Shown here: one piece after another, positions 8,201 through 17,077 of the stretch
How the letters are laid out: every line of letters begins with the position of its first letter
Position numbering within the stretch: the first letter of the stretch is position 1
Source of the DNA: Spirochaetia bacterium
GTDB taxonomy: Bacteria > Spirochaetota > Spirochaetia > CAKZLE01
Length of the DNA: 64,000 bases
Assembly: GCA_963677595.1 (NCBI GenBank)
Contig: OY782041.1
Coordinates: 3,232,001 to 3,296,000, forward strand
Direction of reading: 5' to 3'
The notes under the pieces: generated by a model
Told to the model about the DNA's origin: nothing
The model's database searches: none
What the model saw: the letters and a program-made list of their open reading frames with translations, nothing else
Position numbers and translations under genes: made by a program

Positions 8201-10876
8201 AGTAATTATACTTATAAAGTACTTGCATATAATTCTTATGTAACAAGTGCAGAATCTTCTTCTGTCAATGCTTCTCCAGAAATCGTCCTCATTGATGATC
8301 CTGGTTGGGTACGGGTTGGACAGGATTATTTGACAACATTCTATCAAGAAGCTGGTAGTAAGATTCTAACATCCGATGTATTGAATGAGAGTATCTTAAA
8401 AACTGATACAACAGCTTTGGATATACTTGCTGGTGATGTCGATGGTGATGGATTTGATGAGATTATCTATACACAAGATGGTGATGTGTATATATTCTCG
8501 GCATCAGGAGTTTTGAAGAGAACGATCCATACCCCCTACGAATGTGTAATCATAAAACTGCTTGCGGATATTGATGGAGATTCAACTCTTGATATTGGTT
8601 TAGGAACACGGGATGCAGAACCAATGACAGTGGTATTTTATGATGGGAACGGGAATCTACTGAATTCTTTTGTAAATACCCATAGAGGGGCAGGTGCTAG
8701 CGTGTATATCTGGCCGGAAGCTGTAATTGGTACTAATATTCTGATGAGCCTTGATTCAGGTTTTCCTAAAATACCAAGAGGATTCAGTAGTTTTGCTATT
8801 GGTACCCAGCAGGAGAATTGGTATTACCAGGTTGGCCCAATACAAGGGACCCCTGGTGTTTCTATAGCTGATATAGACGCCGATGGGGATTACGACTTCA
8901 CAAGGCATTCAGGGACGGTCCATAATGGAGCGACAGGGAATGATACGACCGATGGTGATAGCTATCTGGTCATTGTCGATGAATCCGGTAATAATGTGCT
9001 AACGCAGATGCATGATTGGAACTCAAATGGTCAGGTTAGGCATACATTCAGTGATCTAGACCATGATGGTGCTTATGAGGTCTTGGCATTTAGGGGGTAT
9101 GACCCACAGTATTATCAAGGAGATAGCAGGATCCAAAAATTCAATGCAGCGGGTACTCTGATTGATGAATATGATAGTGGAATTGATAATCGGAAGTGGG
9201 CTTTCTCTATTGTGGATTTAGATGATAATGGTACTGATGAAATCATTGCTTCCTGTGAATTGAAGACTATTATCTTAGATAGTGAATTAAATCAGATAGA
9301 TGAAGTATTAATATCAGGTATGGTCCAATGCACATCAGACCTGAATGGAGATGGACATATAGAGATTGTGCTTTTAGACGATAATACAGGGTTGTTATCG
9401 ATCTTAGATGATACGTTAAATACTATAACTTCAAAAAACATAGGGCAGAAATCTAGTGGGCATGGGTATACCCAAGTCATTGCTTCAGATATCGATAACG
9501 ATGATGTTGTAGAATTGATTTCTATCACTGATTCACTTAGAGTCCTTGAATTCAAGATAGGTCCGGATGCTCCTGCAAATGTGGATATCAGATCAACAAT
9601 GACGACTGTTGCTTTAGTATGGGAAGGTTCGCAAGAGGGTGTTGATTATAAAATCTATAGGGATAGTCAAGAAAATGGGGACTATGAAACCCAGGTATAC
9701 AGCGGTCAGGAAAGCTTCTACATTGATGAAACCCTTGTTGCAGGTTCTTCTTACTACTATAAAATCGAAGTGATTGATGGAAGTGGGAATAGTGCTATAA
9801 CAGATGCTTTTAGGATCAGTACAAAAACGAAATCACAGGTGAAGATTGCATTAATTAACCCTGATTACAAACGAATTCTGAAAGCCGGGGTTTTCTTAAG
9901 TGAGCCAAGTTATTCAGATCGAGAATATTGGATTAAAACCGCTGGTATGATCGAGCTTGCTGATTCTTGCGACAAGAGCGATCCATCGAATTGGACTGGA
10001 TATGGAGAGCAGTCGGATTTTGTTTCAGATCAACTAATTCAGGAAGGATATACTGTGGATTTGTATACTGCCGATGAGTTCATCAGTATTGATGAAGGAT
10101 TGTATGATCTTATAATCATTCAGGATCCGTTGAATGAAAACTTCTCAGTAGGTTCTTGGGAACATTATATGGTCAATCCTCTTCCAGACCTCATTGAGAA
10201 TGTTAGTACAGGGTTCATCAATCAAATCAATGATTTCATTGATGAAGATGGTCGGGTCATGTTTGTCGGGGATGCGTTGAAGCTATTGGAAGATGGAGAT
10301 TCCTTAAGGTTGAATCGGGGTAAGAGTATTAGTGACTATTCTCCAAGTAATGTGCAATCAAATCCTAATGATCAATTACCAGGGAAATGGTTGTTTATTC
10401 GGGGTAATCCTTTCTGTGGGTATAACAGAAACGGTAGTAGTACCTATACCATAAGAACCAGTTCGCTATTGCCATCGAGTACTCCGCTAAGCTCACAACG
10501 ACTGTTCAATGGTAATGACTTACCTGAAAGTGTGATATGGAGTGATACATTCTATCGGCCATCCGATGCGATATCACTTGCTGATATTAATATTTCAGGT
10601 TCTGGTGATTATGTCCTGACAGGTTCAACTTGTAATCCTCCTGTTTATCACGTTACAGTTAATGATAATATTTCTAAGTTTGCTGGGTACACAACAATAT
10701 CAAATCGAAAGTATTATTATCTGAGTAGTGATAGTTTTTTCGACTTTCTGTATATAGATCGAAATGGAGCTTGGCATTCTGGTGAAGCGCTAGAGATGCA
10801 GAACACCATTCTTGATGGAGGTAAGTTATTGCTTTCCCGTTTGGTCTATTCAGCTATTGAAGAATATTATGAGTAA
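5300..10876 (+). CDS. Giant surface lipoprotein: PKD + fibronectin type III + two FG-GAP beta-propeller modules + C-terminal domain
   Basis: Lipobox LVGC; 'PVADAG...LNGSGS' PKD motif; several FN3 repeats (SW...Y..YR...YYYK); FG-GAP motifs (GDIDGDDDQEI, ADLNGDGNIEV). Confidence 0.85.
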   Translation: MKKKQYIFTILFLLSILVGCTWFFNELPVADAGEFQIVTVGDVVLLNGSGSSSYWDKSVDYSWDILYGPIGYDLEELVISNSTSPSASFIVPEAGDYYIQLTVEDSRGVSSDEVIIRAYDTPVLPESINFYDITESTISVSWSEVKGASEYSLYRADSDLTQFSDDDLIYRGKGLSYTDCGLQQDQTYYYKMQLQNPIGITSLADCQVMPAATLLLPPDKPENVLIQGDSSTSLRISWDTVEYATSYKVYRDTDVAGLFTDLIFDDSETSCVDTGLQEQTTYYYKIKALNRVGESPFSSMVSGTPFFQLTTPPSNFRIIDIGFSSIDLSWDAVANANEYKLMRSENGITFSICYSGSGTTFKDTGLESGTTYYYKVYAQNNYSTSETSSEISTSTKIMPESTGDAWIRGGQDYLCTFHLEEGSKVQTSSSLITSELMTIANTNILAGDIDGDDDQEIVYAADGKVYIYDPSGVLERLFSIPVSEPFISLLADIDDDGVLDIGIGSSNADPMKAYFYSGSGIQMKEFTNTHRGTGDGVLIFPTAVYNGSVLMGLAAGSPRIPRGLSSFDLISEVENWYYQVGPATWTEISIADFDADENLEFILGSITTHNGASGNGTTDDDNYIMIVDEDGNNDLTQMHDANSNGFVKQVFTDLDHDQQYEILAFRNYDSSSYFGDTRIQKFNTSGTLIDEFDSGLDNKEWTFSIVNIVGDNDDEIVGMCETAIFILDSNLNLLLQKSFYGLLQCTADLNGDGNIEVVIYNDSTGILSVLNDELILIDSLDIGRKSNGKVIAADIDNDAVVELISSTDKLRIVEFNRIPDTPEGVRIVFQNEGSVTIACDEQDIADTYSFYKSVSVSGPFSTLVYSGDQWQCSETNLDPGTVIYYAAQASNSYGSSDLSSPIQVLIDLLAPSNLQIIEIDSESVSLEWDTSINATGYRLYRSQDGGDFAVCYDGGQSWYVDNAVSAGSNYTYKVLAYNSYVTSAESSSVNASPEIVLIDDPGWVRVGQDYLTTFYQEAGSKILTSDVLNESILKTDTTALDILAGDVDGDGFDEIIYTQDGDVYIFSASGVLKRTIHTPYECVIIKLLADIDGDSTLDIGLGTRDAEPMTVVFYDGNGNLLNSFVNTHRGAGASVYIWPEAVIGTNILMSLDSGFPKIPRGFSSFAIGTQQENWYYQVGPIQGTPGVSIADIDADGDYDFTRHSGTVHNGATGNDTTDGDSYLVIVDESGNNVLTQMHDWNSNGQVRHTFSDLDHDGAYEVLAFRGYDPQYYQGDSRIQKFNAAGTLIDEYDSGIDNRKWAFSIVDLDDNGTDEIIASCELKTIILDSELNQIDEVLISGMVQCTSDLNGDGHIEIVLLDDNTGLLSILDDTLNTITSKNIGQKSSGHGYTQVIASDIDNDDVVELISITDSLRVLEFKIGPDAPANVDIRSTMTTVALVWEGSQEGVDYKIYRDSQENGDYETQVYSGQESFYIDETLVAGSSYYYKIEVIDGSGNSAITDAFRISTKTKSQVKIALINPDYKRILKAGVFLSEPSYSDREYWIKTAGMIELADSCDKSDPSNWTGYGEQSDFVSDQLIQEGYTVDLYTADEFISIDEGLYDLIIIQDPLNENFSVGSWEHYMVNPLPDLIENVSTGFINQINDFIDEDGRVMFVGDALKLLEDGDSLRLNRGKSISDYSPSNVQSNPNDQLPGKWLFIRGNPFCGYNRNGSSTYTIRTSSLLPSSTPLSSQRLFNGNDLPESVIWSDTFYRPSDAISLADINISGSGDYVLTGSTCNPPVYHVTVNDNISKFAGYTTISNRKYYYLSSDSFFDFLYIDRNGAWHSGEALEMQNTILDGGKLLLSRLVYSAIEEYYE

Positions 10877-10877
10877 A

Positions 10878-10908
10878 GCATCAATCTATTCCATAAATAG
10901 ATTGATGC
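10878..10908 (+). terminator. Hairpin after the giant lipoprotein gene
   Basis: Perfect 13-bp stem GCATCAATCTATT-ccata-AATAGATTGATGC, starting 2 nt after the stop. Confidence 0.7.
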
Positions 10909-11202
10909 CTCTCATGCGAGGTTTTGTTTCGTAACAGGTAGAAGAATATACGGATATACCCATCTAAGTAAAACCATAGATGACAGCTTGCACAAGTAGA
11001 GCGTAAATCGGGAGGACAAGCAGTCTTGTTCTCTCCAATATAACTGGGTAGGGGCTCTCCTCTAGCTCTCGATCCCGACCATGAATCCCCTCATTCCTTT
11101 CACTTTCCTCACTGGGTAAGATAAAGAATTTCACAGCTGTATTGGAGGGCAGTAAAACGATACCATGAGTAGTTGAATTACTTCACATGGAGGTTTTTAC
11201 TG

Positions 11203-13008
11203 ATGAATAAGACGCAACGTTTGCGGCATCTGGCACCACTCGTTTCTCTGCTGGTACTCCTGCTGCTCTGCCTGACAGGCTGTGACCTGATCTCGGGCAT
11301 GCTCGAGGAGAAGCGGGGTTCCCTGCTCCTCGAGTTCACTGATGAAGAAGCAAGGGGAATACCGGTATTCACCCCCGATATCTCGATGGAGATAGACAGC
11401 TATGAGATCTCCGGTACAGGACCGGATGCTGGCGTCATACATGCAGCCGGCATTACTGGTGAGTACCATGTCGTGCAGGAGCTTGCCGTGGGGCTCTGGC
11501 AGTTCACGATCTCAGGACACAATGCTGAAGGACAGAAGGTAGCTGAAGCTACGCTCCCGGTCACGATCAGGAGGAACCAGACGACTGAGGAGGAGGTGAC
11601 CCTCAAACCGCTCGAGGGGCAGGGTAAGATCCTGCTTGATCTGTCATGGATAGACGACCATGACCTGATCACAAATCCCCAGGTCGCGGTTTCAATCCAG
11701 CCATCAGACCTGCAGGTATCACCGGAAGGTCTGGTGATTACCGGAAGCCAGGATGACCGGATACAGCAGCAGATCGAGGTTGATGCCGGTTGGTATCTGC
11801 TCACTGCAGCCATCTTTGACGGGGATCCGGCAGAGTCAGGTAACACAGCGCTCTGGCAGGGCATCTGCTCCGTCAGGATCGTGAAGGACCACGAGACAGA
11901 ACTCTCCCACCAGGTCAGTGAGGACGAGATCAGGATGCAGGGAACCGGGACTGCCTCGGTGCTCATCTCAGAAGATATGCAGAACCAGTTCGAAGTCACC
12001 TATTCCGGTGATGCTGAAGACCTCTACCCTGATGAGAGCGCGACCTTCAGGGTCTCCTCTTCCCACTGTGCCCAAGCCGAGTACCGATGGTACGTGAACG
12101 GCAGATACCAGCCTGATGAACATGGTACAGAGCTTTGCTACCAGTTCCTGACCCCCGGCCACTACCGTATATCGCTTTTTGTCATCGAGAATGGGGCGAT
12201 CTGCGGCTACGACACCTCAGTCGAGGTCCTGACCCCGATACCGGTCACAGGGATCGTGATCGAGGAGGGAAGTACCCTGAGCATGACTGCCGGTATCAGG
12301 GAAGAGCTCCATGCCGTACTCACCCCGTCAGATGCGACAAACAGGGGTATCACGTGGAGCAGCAGCGCCCCCGAGATCATCGCCGTATCAGATGCAGGTG
12401 CCCTTACTTCGATGAGGGCGGGAACAGCGGTCATCACTGCAGCATCAGCAGGTGATCCCGGCATTTCTGCTTCCTGTACCGTGACCTCCGCTTTCTCGGC
12501 TATTGGGGACTATGGACCGGCCGGCGGCAGGGTCTTCTATGTCGATACCGAGGATGCATATCCTGGATGGACCTATATGACAGTCGCTCCCATGACAGAA
12601 GCGAAGGAACTGCCCTGGGGTGCTGACGACCTCGATATGACGGAGACGTATACTGCTATCGGGGCCGGGAAGGGCAATACTGATCGTATCCTCCTCTATC
12701 TAGGCAATAGCACCTACATGAACTCTGCTATCTCTTCATATTCTACGTATGCAGCGAAATACTGTGCAGCCTTCAGTATGAACGGTTATGATGACTGGTT
12801 CCTTCCGTCCCAGGATGAGCTTGGGCTGCTATCACTGCAGTGGTATCCTCTTCAACTTGGAGGGTATGGGAATGGTGGAGGATCACCTGCGTGGTCTTCC
12901 AGTTCCTATGATGGTGACAACGCCCATATGACATACATCATGGGTGGGAGCCAGAGTACTTGGGGAAAATGGGGTACAGCCTTGGCCGTACCGGTAAGAA
13001 GATATTAA
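11203..13008 (+). CDS. Lipoprotein with PKD/Big_2 domains and C-terminal DUF1566 (Lcl, C-type-lectin-fold)-like domain
   Basis: GGAGG RBS; lipobox LTGC; Big_2 'PSDATNRGITWSSS'; C-terminal 'GPAGGRVFY...GYDDWFLPSQDEL...WSSS...VPVRRY'. Confidence 0.8.
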   Translation: MNKTQRLRHLAPLVSLLVLLLLCLTGCDLISGMLEEKRGSLLLEFTDEEARGIPVFTPDISMEIDSYEISGTGPDAGVIHAAGITGEYHVVQELAVGLWQFTISGHNAEGQKVAEATLPVTIRRNQTTEEEVTLKPLEGQGKILLDLSWIDDHDLITNPQVAVSIQPSDLQVSPEGLVITGSQDDRIQQQIEVDAGWYLLTAAIFDGDPAESGNTALWQGICSVRIVKDHETELSHQVSEDEIRMQGTGTASVLISEDMQNQFEVTYSGDAEDLYPDESATFRVSSSHCAQAEYRWYVNGRYQPDEHGTELCYQFLTPGHYRISLFVIENGAICGYDTSVEVLTPIPVTGIVIEEGSTLSMTAGIREELHAVLTPSDATNRGITWSSSAPEIIAVSDAGALTSMRAGTAVITAASAGDPGISASCTVTSAFSAIGDYGPAGGRVFYVDTEDAYPGWTYMTVAPMTEAKELPWGADDLDMTETYTAIGAGKGNTDRILLYLGNSTYMNSAISSYSTYAAKYCAAFSMNGYDDWFLPSQDELGLLSLQWYPLQLGGYGNGGGSPAWSSSSYDGDNAHMTYIMGGSQSTWGKWGTALAVPVRRY

Positions 13009-13016
13009 CTCCTATC

Positions 13017-13055
13017 ACCCATCCGGCAGTTGGGTTGTCCCTCTGCCGGATGGGT
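13017..13055 (+). terminator. GC-rich hairpin downstream of the lectin-like gene
   Basis: 13-bp perfect stem ACCCATCCGGCAG / CTGCCGGATGGGT. Confidence 0.65.
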
Positions 13056-13156
13056 TCTGATTAATGTATAGAATAAGTACTGCCTAAGTATGTACATTGT
13101 ATGTAATATGTACTATTATATACATATATTCCGGATGGTAAGGAGCGCGATACCAT

Positions 13157-13435
13157 ATGGCAGTAAAAGCAGATACCAGCATGACGATTCGCATGAATCG
13201 GGAGGTGAAGGAGATGGCTCAAAAGATATTCTCAGAGCTTGGCATCGATATGTCCACTGCAGTGAATGTTTTCCTCAGGCAGGTTATCTTCCATAACGGG
13301 TTCCCGTTTGAGGTGAGGCTGAAGACCCCGAACCCCGTGACACGGGCTGCGATGGAATCCGCTGAGAACGATGAGGATATATACGGTCCCTATGATCGTG
13401 TCTCGAGCTTGATGGATGAGCTGAACCAGAAATAG
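13157..13435 (+). CDS. RelB/DinJ-family antitoxin (no adjacent toxin)
   Basis: 'MTIRMNREVKEMAQKIFSELGIDMSTAVNVFLRQ...PFEV...PNPVT' RHH pattern; upstream GTACAT-N10-ATGTAC dyad. Confidence 0.85.
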   Translation: MAVKADTSMTIRMNREVKEMAQKIFSELGIDMSTAVNVFLRQVIFHNGFPFEVRLKTPNPVTRAAMESAENDEDIYGPYDRVSSLMDELNQK

Positions 13436-13534
13436 CGATCTATTCTAATCCCCCTGATACGATACCTCTGCCCCATGAACAAAATCCCTGAACATGCTAC
13501 ACTGCGGTCATACACGTAGGATACATCAGGAGCC

Positions 13535-14833
13535 ATGCACATGAAACAGGTATTCAAGGGCGATATCGCCTATAGTAAAAATAAAGAAGAATTATCGGTC
13601 CATCCGGACAGCTTTATCATCGTCTCAGACGGTATCGTCGAGGGGATCTATCCGGTTGTGCCCGAGGAGTACAAGAACCTCCCATTGGTTGATTATACCG
13701 GGAAGCTGATCATCCCGGCCTTCTCCGACCTGCACCTCCATGCCTCCCAGTACTACCAGCGGGGAGTGGGGATGGACAAGCTGCTCCTCGACTGGCTCGA
13801 TACCTACACCTTCCCGCAGGAGAGCGGCTTCGCTGACATGGAGTATGCGAAGGGAGCATATGACCGCTTCACACGGGATCTGATACGCCATGGGACGCTC
13901 CATGCGGCTATCTATACCACCATCCATTATGATGCCTCTGACTACCTCTTCAGGTTATGGGACTCCTTAGGCCTCTACGGGTATATCGGAAAGCTCAACA
14001 TGGACCAGAACTGTCCCGACAGCCTGAAAGAAGATAAGAGCACCTCCATACAGGAGACCGAACGGTTCATCCTCGAACATGGCGGCAGCCCGACGGTGAA
14101 ACCCATCGTCACCCCGCGATTCGCCATCTCCTGCACCGAGGAACTCATTGCCGGGCTAGGTAAGCTGGTGAGGAAGTACCAGGTGCCGGTCCAGACCCAT
14201 CTGTGCGAATCGCGGGAGGAGATAGCTGCAGTCAAGGAGCTCTTCCCTGCCTATTCCTATGATGCGGAGATCTATGAGAAGTACGGGCTCATCGGGAACA
14301 GCCTTGCGATCATGGCTCACTGCATCTACCTGCAGGATGATGATATCAGGGCTATGCACAGCAATGGGTGTGTCGCGGTTCACTGCCCGGACTCCAACAT
14401 CAATGTGACCGCCGGTTTGATGCCGGCAAGGGAACTGTCAGACGGGGGGATGCGGATAGCACTCGGCAGCGACATCGGCGGGGGACACGACATCCCCATC
14501 TACCGGGCAGCCGCACGGGCGATCCAGGTGTCGAAGCTGAGGAGCCTGCTCAACGCAGGTGAGGAGAAGATCGGGCTCCCTGAAGCCTTCCATTTTGCCA
14601 CACGGGCAGGAGGGGAGTGCTTTGGGAAGATGGGAGCCTTCGAGCCCGGGTACCATTTCAACGCCCTGGTGATCGATGACGATGACCTCCAGGGACTTGA
14701 TGTGGGGATACCGGAGCGGATAGAACGGTTCTGCTACATAGGGGATGACCGCAACATAGCTTCCCGCTATGTTAACGGCCGTCTCCTGGAGATCCCTGAA
14801 GTCCCTATCGCGCCTCGGAGAAGCTTGCAGTAA
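13535..14833 (+). CDS. guaD: Guanine deaminase (amidohydrolase family)
   Basis: DLHLHASQY, LLDWLDTYTFPQE, TPRFAISCT, QTHLCES, HCPDSN and GSDIGGG motifs. Confidence 0.85.
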   Translation: MHMKQVFKGDIAYSKNKEELSVHPDSFIIVSDGIVEGIYPVVPEEYKNLPLVDYTGKLIIPAFSDLHLHASQYYQRGVGMDKLLLDWLDTYTFPQESGFADMEYAKGAYDRFTRDLIRHGTLHAAIYTTIHYDASDYLFRLWDSLGLYGYIGKLNMDQNCPDSLKEDKSTSIQETERFILEHGGSPTVKPIVTPRFAISCTEELIAGLGKLVRKYQVPVQTHLCESREEIAAVKELFPAYSYDAEIYEKYGLIGNSLAIMAHCIYLQDDDIRAMHSNGCVAVHCPDSNINVTAGLMPARELSDGGMRIALGSDIGGGHDIPIYRAAARAIQVSKLRSLLNAGEEKIGLPEAFHFATRAGGECFGKMGAFEPGYHFNALVIDDDDLQGLDVGIPERIERFCYIGDDRNIASRYVNGRLLEIPEVPIAPRRSLQ

Positions 14834-15659
14834 CAGCATTGGCAGCTGCAGGCCTCAGGTAGTTATAGAACTGCTGGGAGAACTTGACGAGCATGTTCAT
14901 CCCCTGGATCGGGCGGCCGTAGGTATGCAGGACCTCTACCACCGCCTCCTCGAAGATGTCGGCGACCTTGTCTACGCTCGCATCGTCGGGGGTACTCCTG
15001 TTGATGAAGACCCTGCTCACCTGGAACCCTGACCGTGCAAGACTGTTCCTGACGAAGAGTGAGTTCTCGAGGTCGTTCAGGTCAGGATTGACCACCATGG
15101 TGATCTCGGTGAGGGCTGGGTTGATCAGGATGTCGAAGAGCTCCTCGAACCTGCACAGCATAGCCTCTACCTTCTTGATCTTCCCCGTCTTCCCTGCGCT
15201 GACATCAGCCTGCAGGAGCCTGTTGAGGTTCCTGATGCTGTTCAGCGGCAGCGTGATCGTCTGGATGAAGTCGAAGAAGGCCGGGCCGTCGAAGTAGATC
15301 TCATCGTAGGAACTTGAGCTCACAGCCTCCTGGATGATCGAGAGGATCTTCATCGACCGCTCATCCGGTGTCTCATCGAGGTATTCGGAGACAGCCATCA
15401 GGTCATGCTTCTTCGAGATTCGCGAACCGATCCCCGGCCTCTTCTGATCGAGGTCGATACCGGTGACGGTGAGCTCCTTCGAGATGCGTTTGAGCTTCCT
15501 GCCGATGTTCATCTGGAAGATGTAGTCCATGCTCTTTACGGGATCGAGGGAGATCAGAAGAGTCCTCTTCCCATGCATAGCTGCCCGTACTGCTGCCATC
15601 GAAGCGCAAGTCGATTTTCCACATCCGTCCTTCCCTGTTACTAAGTGCAATACTGCCAT
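14805..15659 (-). CDS. ArsA/GET3-like P-loop ATPase, degenerate
   Basis: TGKDGCGKST, TLLISLDP, FDGPA, VFINR motifs; AAGGAG RBS before ATG 15659; 3' end overlaps guaD. Confidence 0.7.
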   Translation of the reverse strand: MAVLHLVTGKDGCGKSTCASMAAVRAAMHGKRTLLISLDPVKSMDYIFQMNIGRKLKRISKELTVTGIDLDQKRPGIGSRISKKHDLMAVSEYLDETPDERSMKILSIIQEAVSSSSYDEIYFDGPAFFDFIQTITLPLNSIRNLNRLLQADVSAGKTGKIKKVEAMLCRFEELFDILINPALTEITMVVNPDLNDLENSLFVRNSLARSGFQVSRVFINRSTPDDASVDKVADIFEEAVVEVLHTYGRPIQGMNMLVKFSQQFYNYLRPAAANAVTASFSEAR

Positions 15660-16105
15660 ACTGTTACTCCTTACATATGGTATGTTCGTGATAGGGGGCG
15701 AATCATAAAGAGACAGAAGTGGCATGAGAAGGATCTCAATAGGGTTGGGCAGTAAAACGGTCAGCAGCAGATCCTGAATACCAGTCGTATCCAAGCAGAA
15801 CAAGTTGTGTCCTGAGCCATCCAGGAAGCTTCGCTGGGTGTAGGAAAACCCTTAGAAATACTTGTCAAGCTACTTACTCTCTATAATTTACTGTTTACTG
15901 CTAATTTAACTATATCATAGATAGCATCAATACGATAACTCTTGTCGGTAAATTATGTCATTTTAACAAAAAAGCTTATCGTACCCGATTTCTACCCACT
16001 GATACAGCAATGTTCTACCTGAATGTAACAGCATCTTCAACCATAGCAGGTGAAGATGGTAACATCACAGGCTGTATGCTATCCCTTAAGGCATGCCTTA
16101 TACTG

Positions 16106-17077
16106 CTAGGGATTTATAAAGTAGAGTGGAATGGTGCACATCCTGTTGTTCAAGTAGCTCGCTATCGTCTCAAGGCTGTCCGTATGGGCAGCAAGGTCAT
16201 CATCTTCCAGGGCAGCTTCGGCATCATCGAAGTAGCCTTCGAGCGTCTCATCGGTGAATCCCGATACCCACGCAACCTTCTTCAGGTAGCCGAAGAGGTT
16301 GTTGGAGTCCAGTGCCCAGCCCCACCTCGCGATATCGAACTGCTTCGCCTCGAACTCCGTCTTGAAGGTCTCCCAGTCCCGGGTGGTGACAGTCACATCC
16401 GTGACCTTCTCGACGAGTTCCCACTGGCTCTCCATCTCCGCCCCCATCGGGGTGGTGGTATCAGTGCAGAGGAAGTCGAAGCTGAAATAATCATCGTTCT
16501 GGAGTATGGCATCCACCGGATTCCCTTCATAGATACCTTCCTGGTGATCAAGGCCGTCGCGCCCGTAGTAGGTCGGGGGGATGAGGACGATTGCGGAGGT
16601 CCCGTCAGTCGAGGTGTTTGAGATGAGGTTGCCTCGATTGATCGCGCTGGCGAGGGCGCTCCGCACGTTGGCATCCTGCAGTTCAGCCACATCGGAGTTT
16701 ACGTTGACCGCCGCACAGACGATACCCGCCGAGGGGTAGGCGATCTGGATGTCACTGTCTTCAGGAACGAAGAAATGCCTGTCATAGATGGTATCGACAA
16801 ACACGACATGGACGGTGTATTCCCCCTCGGGGATATCCTTGAACTTGATCTTACCGTTCGGTTCGGTGATGAAGAGGTTCCTGCCGTTGATGGCAGGAGT
16901 GATCTTCAGCAAAGTGCGAACCTCGCTCTCGAGGGTCAGCTCCTCAGGGTCAAGGAAGTCCGGGTAGGCTAGTATCGTGACTTCTTTGACAGTCCCGAAG
17001 AGGAAGCATGATGTGACGAGTATGGTCAGCAGTAATGGAATGATGAGGAAGAAGGTGATGCGTTTCCCCATGGTCAT
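16106..17077 (-). CDS. Lipoprotein: small beta-sandwich fused to the C-terminal lobe of a family-5 (OppA-like) solute-binding protein
   Basis: Lipobox VTSC; 'LQDANVRSALASAINR', 'FDIARWGW', 'IPLYF'; AAGGAGG RBS. Confidence 0.65.
   Translation of the reverse strand: MTMGKRITFFLIIPLLLTILVTSCFLFGTVKEVTILAYPDFLDPEELTLESEVRTLLKITPAINGRNLFITEPNGKIKFKDIPEGEYTVHVVFVDTIYDRHFFVPEDSDIQIAYPSAGIVCAAVNVNSDVAELQDANVRSALASAINRGNLISNTSTDGTSAIVLIPPTYYGRDGLDHQEGIYEGNPVDAILQNDDYFSFDFLCTDTTTPMGAEMESQWELVEKVTDVTVTTRDWETFKTEFEAKQFDIARWGWALDSNNLFGYLKKVAWVSGFTDETLEGYFDDAEAALEDDDLAAHTDSLETIASYLNNRMCTIPLYFINP

Noticed and set aside
11147-15759. GGGCAGTAAAACG occurs at 11147 and 15747
   Set aside because: Several exact 13-mer matches are expected by chance in 64 kb, and the flanks do not extend.
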